IMG/VR virus record: IMGVR_UViG_3300037067_002734
Location: 29,886-93,885 of that record
Source of the DNA: a virus
Taxonomy: Duplodnaviria; Caudoviricetes
Reading direction: 5' to 3' (one strand)
DNA length: 64,000 nt
Part shown: positions 17,169-27,068 of the stretch, one piece after another
Layout of the letters: each line of letters starts with the position of its first letter
Numbering within the stretch: position 1 is the stretch's first letter
Position numbers and translations under genes: made by a program
Notes under the pieces: model-generated
What the model was told of the DNA's origin: nothing
What the model saw: only the letters and a program-made list of their open reading frames with translations
Database searches by the model: none

Positions 17169-18837
17169 ACCAAAAGTATTGTGGGTGGGGGAAGCTTCTT
17201 ATCTAAATACTGGCTATTCTAGAATAGGATTTGAAATTTTACAAAGATTATATAATACTGGTAAGTGGAATATTTCCGAATTTTCTTCTTATGGAGATTA
17301 TGAAGAGGCATTCAAAAATGGTATTCCATGGAAATTCTATCCTAATCTACCAAATAAAAATAATAAACAAGAAGTTGATACATATTTAGCTAAACCAACA
17401 AATCAGTTTGGGGAATGGAGATTTGAAGAGGTTTGTTTGGATTTTGAGCCAGATATTGTTATAAGTATTACAGATCCATGGATGCACGAATATCAATTCT
17501 TATCTCCTTATCGACGCCTATATAATCAAGTAGTAATGCCAACTGTAGATAGTGATCCGCAACAACCAGCATGGATTGCAATGTATATGGGGGCAGACAG
17601 GGTGGCTGCTTATTCTGCTTATGGTAAGAGAATTTTAGAAGAACAAAGTAACGGAAAGATTTCTGTTTTTGATGTATTAAGACCCGGATTTGACGATCAA
17701 AACTTTAAAGTTTTGCCGAACAAACAAGAAATTCGCCAATCATTATTAATGCCAGTTCCAAAAGATGCTTTTGTTATTGGTACCGTTATGAGAAATCAAA
17801 AACGCAAATTATATGATGATTTATTTCTATCGTTTAAAACTTTCTGTGAAAAATATCCTAGAATAGGGGAAAACTCCTTTTTATATTGTCATACATCTAT
17901 AATAGACAATGGGTGGGATATTCCCCGTTTATTAAAAGAACATGGGATAGCAAATAAAGTTTTATTTTCCTATGTTTGTAGGAATTGTCACAACATAATA
18001 TCATCATATTTTAACAATACAAATAGATTTTGTCCATTTTGTGGTGGGCAGATGACATCTCCAAATACAAGATATGGAGCAAATAATGAACAATTAGGAA
18101 GAATATATAATACATTCAATATATACGTACAATATTCTATCGCTGAAGGAGCAGCTATCCCCCCAGTTGAAGCAGCAGCATGTGGAATTCCAGTATTAGA
18201 GGTTGATTTTTCAGCTATGGAAGATTATGTAAGATGTCTTGGTGGAGTTCCAATTAATGTTCTTAAAAAATTTAGAGAAACAGAAACACATTGTTATAGA
18301 GTTTATCCAGATAATAATCATTTAATCGAAATATTACATCAAATAGCTATTATGCCAGAAATTGATAGACATATTTGGTCATTAAAAACAAAAGCACTCG
18401 CAAATAAATATTTTAATTGGGATGATGTAGCAGAAAAATGGTCTATTATGTTAGATTCTCTACAAATAGCCGGTTCTAGATGGCACTCCCAACCATTTAT
18501 TCATCAACCAAATTTAAATATTCCACAACAAATTTCTAATACTAATTTTATTGACCATGCAATAGCAAATATTACAGGAAGAACCGACCTAATTAATACT
18601 TATTTTGCAATAAAAATCTTAAGAGATTTGAATGCTGGTGCAAAAATACAAGGATTTGGTGGAAATTTATCATATAATGATGATTCAATGTTCTCTCAAA
18701 ACTTTGGATTCAAACCATATTCTAGAGAAGATATGGTTAATGAATTATTGAGAATGAATAATAATACAAACGAATGGGAACAAAAAAGATTAGCAAAAAT
18801 GAACGGACAATATAAAAAACCAGAGTGGATATTATAA
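17161..18837 (+). CDS. GT-B (GT4-like) glycosyltransferase with zinc-ribbon insertion
   Basis: TGYSR, GTVMRNQKRK, EGAAIPPVEAAACGIPV (Ex7E), insertion CRNC...CPFCG. Confidence 0.88.
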   Translation: MYKPKVLWVGEASYLNTGYSRIGFEILQRLYNTGKWNISEFSSYGDYEEAFKNGIPWKFYPNLPNKNNKQEVDTYLAKPTNQFGEWRFEEVCLDFEPDIVISITDPWMHEYQFLSPYRRLYNQVVMPTVDSDPQQPAWIAMYMGADRVAAYSAYGKRILEEQSNGKISVFDVLRPGFDDQNFKVLPNKQEIRQSLLMPVPKDAFVIGTVMRNQKRKLYDDLFLSFKTFCEKYPRIGENSFLYCHTSIIDNGWDIPRLLKEHGIANKVLFSYVCRNCHNIISSYFNNTNRFCPFCGGQMTSPNTRYGANNEQLGRIYNTFNIYVQYSIAEGAAIPPVEAAACGIPVLEVDFSAMEDYVRCLGGVPINVLKKFRETETHCYRVYPDNNHLIEILHQIAIMPEIDRHIWSLKTKALANKYFNWDDVAEKWSIMLDSLQIAGSRWHSQPFIHQPNLNIPQQISNTNFIDHAIANITGRTDLINTYFAIKILRDLNAGAKIQGFGGNLSYNDDSMFSQNFGFKPYSREDMVNELLRMNNNTNEWEQKRLAKMNGQYKKPEWIL

Positions 18838-19940
18838 TGAAAGTATTAATAATTTCAAATTTTAGAGATAATTCTGGATGGTCATTTGCTGCCCAAGATT
18901 ATGCTTTAGCAATGGATGCGGCAGGTATTGATGTTGTAATTCGCACCATCAAACTAAATCCAGTTGACGGAGAAGTACATCCTCGTATAGAAGAATTAGA
19001 AAAGAAAAGTGATAAAAATTGTGATGTAGTAATACAAAAAGTTCTTCCACATATGATGTCATATAATGGGAATTTTAAGAAAAATATAGGATTATTTGTA
19101 ACAGAAACGTCCCACTTTAAAAATAGTTCTTGGCCGTCCTATCTAAATATTATGGATGAAATTATAGTCCCAAGTAATGGATGCAAAGAAGCATGTCATA
19201 ATTCTAGAATTATTAAACCAGTACATGTGATTCCAGAACCATACGATGATGATAAATTTAGTTTAGGATATGAACCATTTGATTTGGGCTTACCAGAAGA
19301 TAATTTTAAATTTTATTTTATTGGAGAAAATATTAAAAGGAAGAATCTGGTAGCTTTAATTCAGGCTTACCATATAGAATTTAAACCTTGGGAACCAGTA
19401 GAATTAGTAATAAAAACTAGTATTCCTGGTAAAAATGAAGATGAATCTGAAAAAATAATTAATGAATTTATTAACAAAATTAAATATCATCTTAAACTAT
19501 ATAATAATCTAAATAAATATCATGGGGAAACGATAATTTTAGGACGACTTTCTAATAATGATATTATGAAATTACATGCCGCCTGTCATTGTTATGTAGC
19601 CCCATCATACGGAGAGGCTTGGAATCGCGGCTGTTTTGATGCTCTTGCATTTGGAAATCCAGTATTAGCTACAAAAGGGTGTGGGATGGATGACTACTTA
19701 CCACAAGAATTCCGTGTTAATTCTAAAAAGGTTCCTGCTATAGGTGCCATAGATTCATTCGGTGAATTGCTCGTATCCAATGAAGAATGGAACGAAATAG
19801 ATTTATTAGGATTGATGTCAAAGATGAGAGATGTTTATGAGAATTATCAAGGATGGAAACAAATTGCTGTAAATACTAATTTAGACAGGTTCACTTATAA
19901 ATCTGTCGGACAACAAATAAAGAAAATATTAGAAAATTAA
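18837..19940 (+). CDS. GT4-like glycosyltransferase
   Basis: FIGENIKRKN, PSYGEAWNRGCFDALAFGNPV. Confidence 0.88.
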   Translation: MKVLIISNFRDNSGWSFAAQDYALAMDAAGIDVVIRTIKLNPVDGEVHPRIEELEKKSDKNCDVVIQKVLPHMMSYNGNFKKNIGLFVTETSHFKNSSWPSYLNIMDEIIVPSNGCKEACHNSRIIKPVHVIPEPYDDDKFSLGYEPFDLGLPEDNFKFYFIGENIKRKNLVALIQAYHIEFKPWEPVELVIKTSIPGKNEDESEKIINEFINKIKYHLKLYNNLNKYHGETIILGRLSNNDIMKLHAACHCYVAPSYGEAWNRGCFDALAFGNPVLATKGCGMDDYLPQEFRVNSKKVPAIGAIDSFGELLVSNEEWNEIDLLGLMSKMRDVYENYQGWKQIAVNTNLDRFTYKSVGQQIKKILEN

Positions 19941-19952
19941 AAGGAAAGGTGT

Positions 19953-20132
19953 ATGGATAATAAGAATCTCCCATGGGAAATAAAGTTGTTGGATTTTAGT
20001 AATAGAAAAACTATTGGCATTACAACTATTGCTTCTACCAATACTAAAAGAGAGGCTTGTAAATACTTGGTTGGATACAAAAATATATTAAAAATTGGTA
20101 GAACATATTTGGTGGAAAAGGGTGGAAAATAA
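19953..20132 (+). CDS. small basic protein (59 aa, not in ORF track)
   Basis: AAGGAAAGG SD; MDNKNLPWEIKLLDFSNRK...VEKGGK*, stop overlapping next ATG. Confidence 0.6.
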   Translation: MDNKNLPWEIKLLDFSNRKTIGITTIASTNTKREACKYLVGYKNILKIGRTYLVEKGGK

Positions 20133-21133
20133 TGTCACAAATAGCTAGTATTTTACAAAGGGCTACTAGAAATAAATTGGATAGATTAAATGTTATTACT
20201 TATCCAACACATGAAAGATACCAGACAAGTTTAGCTAATACAAACATTGACTTTTATCTCTGGCAAGGAGATGGTATCAAAACCTGGGAATCTAAATATG
20301 CCCCACTTCCTTTTAATCATATTTTATTAAATCCTAAATATAAAGAAAATCAGATACCAGATTATATTACTCCAGACATTATATTCAGTCAAAATAAATT
20401 AGCACATTATTCTATATCTGCAAAATTAGCTCAACAATATAAAATTCCATTAGTTAATCTAGAACATTGTTTACCTTGGTCAAATATTACAAAACAACAA
20501 TTTGAACAATTACACAGAATGCAGGGTAATGTAAATGTATTTATTACAGATTATAGTAGAAGAAAATGGGGTTTTGATGAATCAAATTCAGTAGTTATTG
20601 AACATGGTCTTGATACAGAAGTATTTAAACCCAAAGATATAGACAAAGAGTATGGAGTTTTAGTTGTTTGTAATGATTATATCAATCGGTCTTGGTGCTG
20701 TGGGTATAATATTTTTCAACAAGTGACTGGGCATCCTAATCCTATTTTTCCATACAAAGTTTTAGGAAGCACCCCTGGATTATCAGAAGCAGCAAAAGAT
20801 GTTGAAGATTTAGTTCTACATTATAATAAAAGTAAAGTTTTTCTATGTACAGCCACAATTTCTCCAATATCATTTGCTTTATTAGAAGCTATGTCATGTG
20901 GATTACCAGTAGTAGCTATGGCTACTTGTGCTGTTCCAGAAATAATTAAACATGGTTATAATGGTATGATTTCTACAAATCCACAAGATTTACAGAATTA
21001 TTGTAAAGAATTATTAATGGATGAAGATATGAGAAAAGAATTAGGGAAAAATGCCAGGAAAACAATTCTTGAAAGATTTAGTTTGGCAAAATTTGTTAAT
21101 AAATGGGAACACGCCTTTAGGAGTCTTATATAA
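20132..21133 (+). CDS. GT4-like glycosyltransferase
   Basis: IEHGLDTEVF, ALLEAMSCGLPVV, PEIIKHGYNG, LGKNARKTI. Confidence 0.9.
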   Translation: MSQIASILQRATRNKLDRLNVITYPTHERYQTSLANTNIDFYLWQGDGIKTWESKYAPLPFNHILLNPKYKENQIPDYITPDIIFSQNKLAHYSISAKLAQQYKIPLVNLEHCLPWSNITKQQFEQLHRMQGNVNVFITDYSRRKWGFDESNSVVIEHGLDTEVFKPKDIDKEYGVLVVCNDYINRSWCCGYNIFQQVTGHPNPIFPYKVLGSTPGLSEAAKDVEDLVLHYNKSKVFLCTATISPISFALLEAMSCGLPVVAMATCAVPEIIKHGYNGMISTNPQDLQNYCKELLMDEDMRKELGKNARKTILERFSLAKFVNKWEHAFRSLI

Positions 21134-21618
21134 TGAGTGAAGTAAAATTAAATATTATTTATAATAATGCTGAATTTTTAAATGGTTATGATAATATATC
21201 ACCAGTAGTATTAGAAAATAAAGAAATAATAGTTGGTAATGTTTATAATTTAGATTGGATAGTTGATAATGGTGAATGTATAGAAATCATAGCTCTAGAT
21301 ACAATAGAATATCTTCCAATTACTCAATATGAACAAGCTATATCAAATTGGGTATCAAAATTAAAAGTTGGAGGAACACTAATTTTAGGTTTTGTAGAAA
21401 TAATAGAATTATTTAAAGGATACGATAGAGGAATTATTAACTATGAAGATTTTAATGTATTATTACATGGAAAACAAACTGATAATAGATTAGTAAAATT
21501 ATCTTCTTATTCAGCTCCAATATTAATAGAAAAATTAACTACACAACATACAATAAAACTTAAAAAACATACATTAAGTGGGATTGATGTTACTTTATCT
21601 TTTGGGAGATATAAATAA
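21133..21618 (+). CDS. minimal class I SAM methyltransferase-like protein
   Basis: GYDNI..IIALDTIEYL..W.SKLKVGGTLIL. Confidence 0.6.
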   Translation: MSEVKLNIIYNNAEFLNGYDNISPVVLENKEIIVGNVYNLDWIVDNGECIEIIALDTIEYLPITQYEQAISNWVSKLKVGGTLILGFVEIIELFKGYDRGIINYEDFNVLLHGKQTDNRLVKLSSYSAPILIEKLTTQHTIKLKKHTLSGIDVTLSFGRYK

Positions 21619-22391
21619 TGCCCAAAATTCATACTTGTTGTAAAGATTGTGTCTTCAGTCAATACGAAGGAATAACTCAATTAGATTGTAGTTTAGGAAA
21701 AATAGATAAATTTGAAAGATTAGATATTCCAATTATTGAAGCATATGATGATGAAAAGGAATTCTATATTATAGAGAATAGAAAATGTCAATTTTATCGT
21801 AATAAACAATGGATGTTACAAAATATAGATGTAGGTGATGCTCCTAATACAATTAATTTTTTAGTTAAAAAAGAAACACAAATAAGTCCAGATATATTAA
21901 TATTAGTAGAAACAAATACATCTCTTGAAGATATAAAAACTACAGTTTTATCTATCAAAAATTCTACTATTAAACCACTATCTATTATTTTTACTTTTGA
22001 AAAAAATATTGAAAAACTTCATTTGTCAATTTTCCAATGGATTAAACATAATGTTGAGATTCCTTATAGTTATGAATATGTTCATATAGAAGATAATAAA
22101 ATTAATTTTGGGGTTCGCAGAGTAAAATTATTCTATATTTGTTTAGAAGCAGGAAAAGAATTAAAAGAGAAATATATAGAAAATATAAATAATCGCATTA
22201 ATAATGAGATGTGGCCTATTCTATATATACGGGCGGAAGAACCATACCAATATCACCATATGTTTGTAAGTAAACAATTACACAACTTTGTGGGTGGTTT
22301 TGGGAAAAGAACTATTGATGATAAAGTAAATGAATTAAAAGAGGATGAAGAATGCTTAATGAATATGATAGTTACATACGAGATGATTTAG
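21618..22391 (+). CDS. hypothetical protein (N-terminal Cys motif, degenerate GT-A-like C-terminus)
   Basis: CKDCVF..C..C N-terminus; context in GT cluster. Confidence 0.55.
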   Translation: MPKIHTCCKDCVFSQYEGITQLDCSLGKIDKFERLDIPIIEAYDDEKEFYIIENRKCQFYRNKQWMLQNIDVGDAPNTINFLVKKETQISPDILILVETNTSLEDIKTTVLSIKNSTIKPLSIIFTFEKNIEKLHLSIFQWIKHNVEIPYSYEYVHIEDNKINFGVRRVKLFYICLEAGKELKEKYIENINNRINNEMWPILYIRAEEPYQYHHMFVSKQLHNFVGGFGKRTIDDKVNELKEDEECLMNMIVTYEMI

Positions 22392-23209
22392 ATATAAAAT
22401 TCGATAACACACAAGAATATCCAGTAATTGGCGTATTAATGCCACTATATAATCATGGGCATTTTTTACCAAAATCTATTCCAAGTGTAATAAATCAAGA
22501 TTATCCAAATAAATTAATTATTATAATAGATGACAAATCTACTGATGATAGTTTAGAGGTTGCTAAATCTTTTATTAATATAAAACAAGAATTGAAAGAT
22601 ATAGATGGGAATTATATATATATAGGAAATATTATTCCAGAACAGATTTTTGATGGAGTTATGAATAATGATATTCCAATAATATTAATTGGATTACAAA
22701 TCAATGGAAAACAAGCTAATGCCAGAAATATGGGAATTAGTACAACCTGGAATTATTGTGATTATTATTGTCAATTAGACGCCGATGATGAATATTTGCC
22801 ACATAAATTAATAACTATGATGAGAGTTATGAAAACTGACCAAGATAATATTGGATTAGTATACAATGATGTTATTATTAGAAATCAAATAAATAATATT
22901 ACTATCCATGAATTTAGAGAACCCTATTTATACGAACGATTATATCAAGAGGATATTATTTCTAATCAACCACTTATTAATAAAAAAGCATTAAAAGAAG
23001 TTGGATTATTTGATAAACAATTATCAGTTGCAGAAGATTGGGATTTATGGTTAAGAATAGCACAACAATATATGTGTATACATATCGCAAAGCCACTACA
23101 AATATATAATGTGGTTCCATCAAGTTGCACCATCACTGTATCTAAAGATAGATGGAATTGGTGCTGGGCAAGAATAAGAGAAAAATTACAACAAAGACAT
23201 GCAAACTAA
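22352..23209 (+). CDS. GT2-family glycosyltransferase
   Basis: MPLYNHG, IIDDKSTD, ANARNMG, LDADD, AEDWDLWLR. Confidence 0.92.
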   Translation: MLNEYDSYIRDDLDIKFDNTQEYPVIGVLMPLYNHGHFLPKSIPSVINQDYPNKLIIIIDDKSTDDSLEVAKSFINIKQELKDIDGNYIYIGNIIPEQIFDGVMNNDIPIILIGLQINGKQANARNMGISTTWNYCDYYCQLDADDEYLPHKLITMMRVMKTDQDNIGLVYNDVIIRNQINNITIHEFREPYLYERLYQEDIISNQPLINKKALKEVGLFDKQLSVAEDWDLWLRIAQQYMCIHIAKPLQIYNVVPSSCTITVSKDRWNWCWARIREKLQQRHAN

Positions 23210-23930
23210 TAAAAATTATATTGCCAGAATTAAACTGGATAAACAACCAGAAAATGGTGAAAATCTATCTATTATAATACCGTGTGCTCGTTGTGGAAAA
23301 AATCTTAGAAAACAAGGATTAAAAAGTTTATTTAATATTGGCGATACAACAATCATTGAAACACAAATTAATCTTTTAAATAAGATATATCCAGAAAATG
23401 AAATTATTTTAGTGTTAGGAGAAGAAGCATATAGAGTTAAAAATCTTCTAAAAAATAAATATAAAAATGTTCGCTATATTTATAATAGTTGTTATGAAAA
23501 TCATAATGTATTATATAGTATTGGTTTAGGACTTTATAATAGATTACGAAATTCTGCATTAATTATATATGGCGATCTTATATTTAATAAATATACCATT
23601 ACTGATATTATAGAGGGTCCATCAAAATTATTCACAGACACGGATAATACAATGAAGGATAGTGAACCCGGAATCATTATGATAGATGGAAAAATACAAA
23701 GATTGGTATATGGAATCAGACCCAAATGGGGACAAATATGTTTTTTAGTAGATAAAGAACTTAAGTTATTTGAGAAGTGTGCCCTGAAAAATCCAAATTG
23801 GTGTGGACATGAAGCCATAAATTATGTAATGGAAAATGGTGGAATATTTCAACCATTTGTAAAAAGTGGATATAAATTATTTGAAATTGACACATTACAA
23901 GATATAGAAATATTAAAGAGGATGAAATAA
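23199..23930 (+). CDS. sugar/choline-phosphate nucleotidyltransferase (LicC/NTP transferase-like)
   Basis: IIIPCARCGKNL..KSL, YSIGLG, IYGDLIF, EIDTLQD. Confidence 0.8.
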   Translation: MQTNKNYIARIKLDKQPENGENLSIIIPCARCGKNLRKQGLKSLFNIGDTTIIETQINLLNKIYPENEIILVLGEEAYRVKNLLKNKYKNVRYIYNSCYENHNVLYSIGLGLYNRLRNSALIIYGDLIFNKYTITDIIEGPSKLFTDTDNTMKDSEPGIIMIDGKIQRLVYGIRPKWGQICFLVDKELKLFEKCALKNPNWCGHEAINYVMENGGIFQPFVKSGYKLFEIDTLQDIEILKRMK

Positions 23931-23946
23931 TAAAAATTACATTTTT

Positions 23947-23982
23947 TTGATAATTCTCTAAAAAATCGTATAATATATTAGG
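23947..23982 (+). promoter_or_regulatory. promoter, copy 1 of motif ATCGTATAATATATTAGGA
   Basis: TATAAT at 23969-23974, possible -35 TTGATA at 23947-23952; 19-nt identity with 49416-49434. Confidence 0.7.
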
Positions 23983-24078
23983 AAAAGATATTATGAATCA
24001 TATATTACAACCAAATATTACCCGAACGGTTAGATTCTATTCATAGTGTCTTTTCCCAACCGTCTCGGGTATTTTTTT
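23981..24078 (+). ncRNA. putative structured leader/small RNA, copy 1 (interleaved helices + U-tract)
   Basis: 23981-23998 pairs with 24039-24056 (18 bp, 2 G-U); 24019-24031 pairs with 24058-24071 (13 bp, 1 bulge); T7 at 24072-24078; same architecture at 49432-49513. Confidence 0.7.
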
Positions 24079-24089
24079 ATGGATATTAT

Positions 24090-25154
24090 ATGATATGTAA
24101 ACGATGTAAAGAATATATTAACGCTGGAAAAACTCAAATTTGTCTAAATTGTGGGTGCAAAACTAATAATAAAGTAAAAACTTTAGAAGAAGAATTCCCA
24201 GATATAACTAAAGAATGGGATTATTCAAAAAATGAATTATCTCCATCTTTAATAAGTAGTAGAAGTGGTAAGAAGGTTAGTTGGATTGGGAAATGTGGAC
24301 ATCGATGGGAAACCTCTATATCTAATAGGACAACAAAAAATAGCAATTGTCCAATATGTGCTAATCGTACAACTATGCCTGGATATAACGACATTAGAAC
24401 TACACATCCGAATCTTTTAATAGAGTGGGATTATAGTAAAAATATTATAAAACCAACCGAAGTAAGTTTTGGTAGTGATAAAATAAAAATTTGGTGGAAA
24501 TGCTGTAAATGTTCAAATTCATGGTTAGCCACTTCTAACCAAAGAACAAACTTAAAAAGTAATTGTCCATACTGTTCAAATCAAGCAATTATTTATGGAT
24601 ATAATGATTTATTAACAACTCATCCAGATATTGCTAAAGAACTAGCTGATATTGATTTAGCTAAGAGAATTAGTCATGGATATGATAAAAAAGTTTTATT
24701 TAAATGTAAAAAATGCAACTATCAATGGAAAACATTCATTTATTCTAGACTTAGAGGAACAGGGTGTCCAAAATGTAATTTTTCAACATTAGAAATTAAA
24801 ACAAAGAAAATATTAGATAATTTGGGTATTAGTAATGAAACTCAAAAAAGATTTAATATTTGTAAAGATAAACGAGAATTACCATTTGATTTTTATATAC
24901 CACAATATAATGTTTGTATAGAATGTCATGGTATTCAACATTATCCATATAGATATAAAAAATCTTCTTTTTCTAAAACCTCTAGAGGTAAAAAACTTAA
25001 TTTATCTATTATAAAACATCATGATAAAATAAAATATCATTTCTGTAAAAATAATGATATTAAACTAATTAGAATTCCATATTGGAAATATAATAATATA
25101 CAAGACATTTTAATAAAGAAATTAAATCTATATGAAAATACTCTGTCGTCATGA
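24090..25154 (+). CDS. zinc-ribbon-repeat (DUF4379-like, 3 repeats) PD-(D/E)XK endonuclease, homing-endonuclease-like
   Basis: Repeats of THP..EWDYSKN..P..GS..K.WW.C..W....R....CP.C; C-terminal LPFDFYIPQYNVCIECHGIQHY..D.IK..FC..I.LIRIPYW. Confidence 0.8.
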   Translation: MICKRCKEYINAGKTQICLNCGCKTNNKVKTLEEEFPDITKEWDYSKNELSPSLISSRSGKKVSWIGKCGHRWETSISNRTTKNSNCPICANRTTMPGYNDIRTTHPNLLIEWDYSKNIIKPTEVSFGSDKIKIWWKCCKCSNSWLATSNQRTNLKSNCPYCSNQAIIYGYNDLLTTHPDIAKELADIDLAKRISHGYDKKVLFKCKKCNYQWKTFIYSRLRGTGCPKCNFSTLEIKTKKILDNLGISNETQKRFNICKDKRELPFDFYIPQYNVCIECHGIQHYPYRYKKSSFSKTSRGKKLNLSIIKHHDKIKYHFCKNNDIKLIRIPYWKYNNIQDILIKKLNLYENTLSS

Positions 25155-26118
25155 AAGCTGTGCAAGTCATTATATATACACGGCTTTGGGTTTAGAACTA
25201 AAAAATAGAGGTTATGAATTTATTTTCTGGCATCCAGAACAAAATAGTTTTTTTGATATATATAATCAAATTCAACCAGATATATATATAGGACAATCTT
25301 ATCATATAACTAGAGCAGAATTAAAAATAATAAATCAAAATCCACAATTAAAAGTTATTTTAAAAGTTGGTATTTGGGGAGATATTAATAATGAATTAGA
25401 TATTGATAATTATACTATTTTAATAGCTAATGATGAAGAAAAAGCAAATCTTGATAGTATAAATAATAAAGAAAGATTATATTTATTTAATTATCATGCA
25501 AAAAGCTATAATAACTACATTCTTGGTAGATGGACAAAAGAGGGTTACAATACTTTTTCTATGGCTCCAGTAGCAGATATATATAATTTTTATCCAGATT
25601 ATAATTCTAATTTATCATCAGATATTTCATTTATTGGTGGAGCATGGGGATATAAATTACTCAATATCAATCCATATATAATTAATAATTTCTGTTATCC
25701 GGTTGGTCAATATAACATAAAGATATTTGGAAATCAGTATGGATGGAGTATCCCACAATTTAATGGTATTGTTAGCGATAAAATGGTACGACAGATATTG
25801 TCTTCATCCAAAATAGGACTATCAGTCCATGAACCACAATCAACTAAATTTCATTTTGAAGCATTGTCTCGTGTATTTAATACTATTGCTTGTAAATCTT
25901 GTGTTATATCAGATTATGTTGGATGTTTATATACAGACTTTTTTATCAATAAAGAAATATTAATGTTTGATAATCCACAAGATTATAAAGAAGCTGTAGA
26001 TTTTTATCTAATCCACGAAGATGAAAGATTAGCATATATAGATAAATTATATAATATTGTTATAAATAATCATACTTATAAACAAAGAGTAGATGAAATA
26101 TTGGAGATTATTGAATGA
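25132..26118 (+). CDS. CgeB-like glycosyltransferase
   Basis: DISFIGG, KIGLSVHE, RVFNTIAC, NHTYKQRV. Confidence 0.8.
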   Translation: MKILCRHESCASHYIYTALGLELKNRGYEFIFWHPEQNSFFDIYNQIQPDIYIGQSYHITRAELKIINQNPQLKVILKVGIWGDINNELDIDNYTILIANDEEKANLDSINNKERLYLFNYHAKSYNNYILGRWTKEGYNTFSMAPVADIYNFYPDYNSNLSSDISFIGGAWGYKLLNINPYIINNFCYPVGQYNIKIFGNQYGWSIPQFNGIVSDKMVRQILSSSKIGLSVHEPQSTKFHFEALSRVFNTIACKSCVISDYVGCLYTDFFINKEILMFDNPQDYKEAVDFYLIHEDERLAYIDKLYNIVINNHTYKQRVDEILEIIE

Positions 26119-27056
26119 AAAGAATACTAGTTACTGGTGGAGAAGGATTCATTGGTTCTCATATCGTAAATGAATTATGCCAAGTCCAAGATAATGTAAT
26201 GCCAGCATATACAATTATTAGTGCAGATAATTTATCAAAATATGGAAAAGAAAGAAATGTAAAACATAAGAATTATATATTTTGTGAAACAGATATTTTA
26301 TCCTCATCTTATTCAGATTATATATTAGATTTAGAACCACATGTTATAATAGATTTAGCTTCTATTGTAGGTGGAATTAATAAAATAAATAATTCAAATG
26401 ATGTAGTAGCAAATATCAATATTTTCAATCAAACTTTTGAAGTAGCAAAACAACTAAAAAATCTTGAACAATATATATTCTTTTCATCATCAATAGTTTA
26501 TGATAGAATTAATACATTTCCAACACCAGAATTATCTTTAAAAGATATTCCAATACCAAATTCTCCATATGGTTATTATAAATATACTTGTGAATACTTA
26601 TTGCAAGAATCTAACTTACCATGGACAGTAATTAGACCATATAATTGTATAGGAATTGGTGACGATAATGAAGATTATGCTCATGTATTTACTGATTTTA
26701 TTAGACAAGCTAAAAGAAATGGAGTAATAAAAGTTAAAGGTGGAAACCAATATCGTTCATTTATAGATTGTGAAGATGTCGCTGAAATTATAGAATCCAT
26801 TATATATTATAATAATTCTATCCATAATATATATAATATTGGAAATCCATCCAATTATTTAAAAATAAAAGAATTAGCCTACAAAATTTGTGATAAAATA
26901 CAAAACACATCTATTATTATAGAAGATAATCCTAATGAAAAATATGATGTTAAAAAAATGCTACCAAATATAAATACAATAAATAAGGAACTGTGTGTAT
27001 ACCCACATCATACACTTGAAGATTCATTAGATAAATGTATAGAATATTATAATTAA
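26115..27056 (+). CDS. NAD-dependent nucleotide-sugar epimerase/dehydratase
   Basis: ILVTGGEGFIGSH, FFSSSIVY, YGYYK (YxxxK), RPYNCIG. Confidence 0.9.
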   Translation: MKRILVTGGEGFIGSHIVNELCQVQDNVMPAYTIISADNLSKYGKERNVKHKNYIFCETDILSSSYSDYILDLEPHVIIDLASIVGGINKINNSNDVVANINIFNQTFEVAKQLKNLEQYIFFSSSIVYDRINTFPTPELSLKDIPIPNSPYGYYKYTCEYLLQESNLPWTVIRPYNCIGIGDDNEDYAHVFTDFIRQAKRNGVIKVKGGNQYRSFIDCEDVAEIIESIIYYNNSIHNIYNIGNPSNYLKIKELAYKICDKIQNTSIIIEDNPNEKYDVKKMLPNINTINKELCVYPHHTLEDSLDKCIEYYN

Positions 27057-27068
27057 AAGGAAGTATAT

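Noticed and set aside
23981-24078. tRNA, known self-cleaving ribozyme or IS end as the identity of the structured element
   Set aside because: No cloverleaf or T-loop, no hammerhead/HDV/twister core that I can recognise, and no transposase or terminal repeats around the nuclease genes. An Rfam search is still needed.
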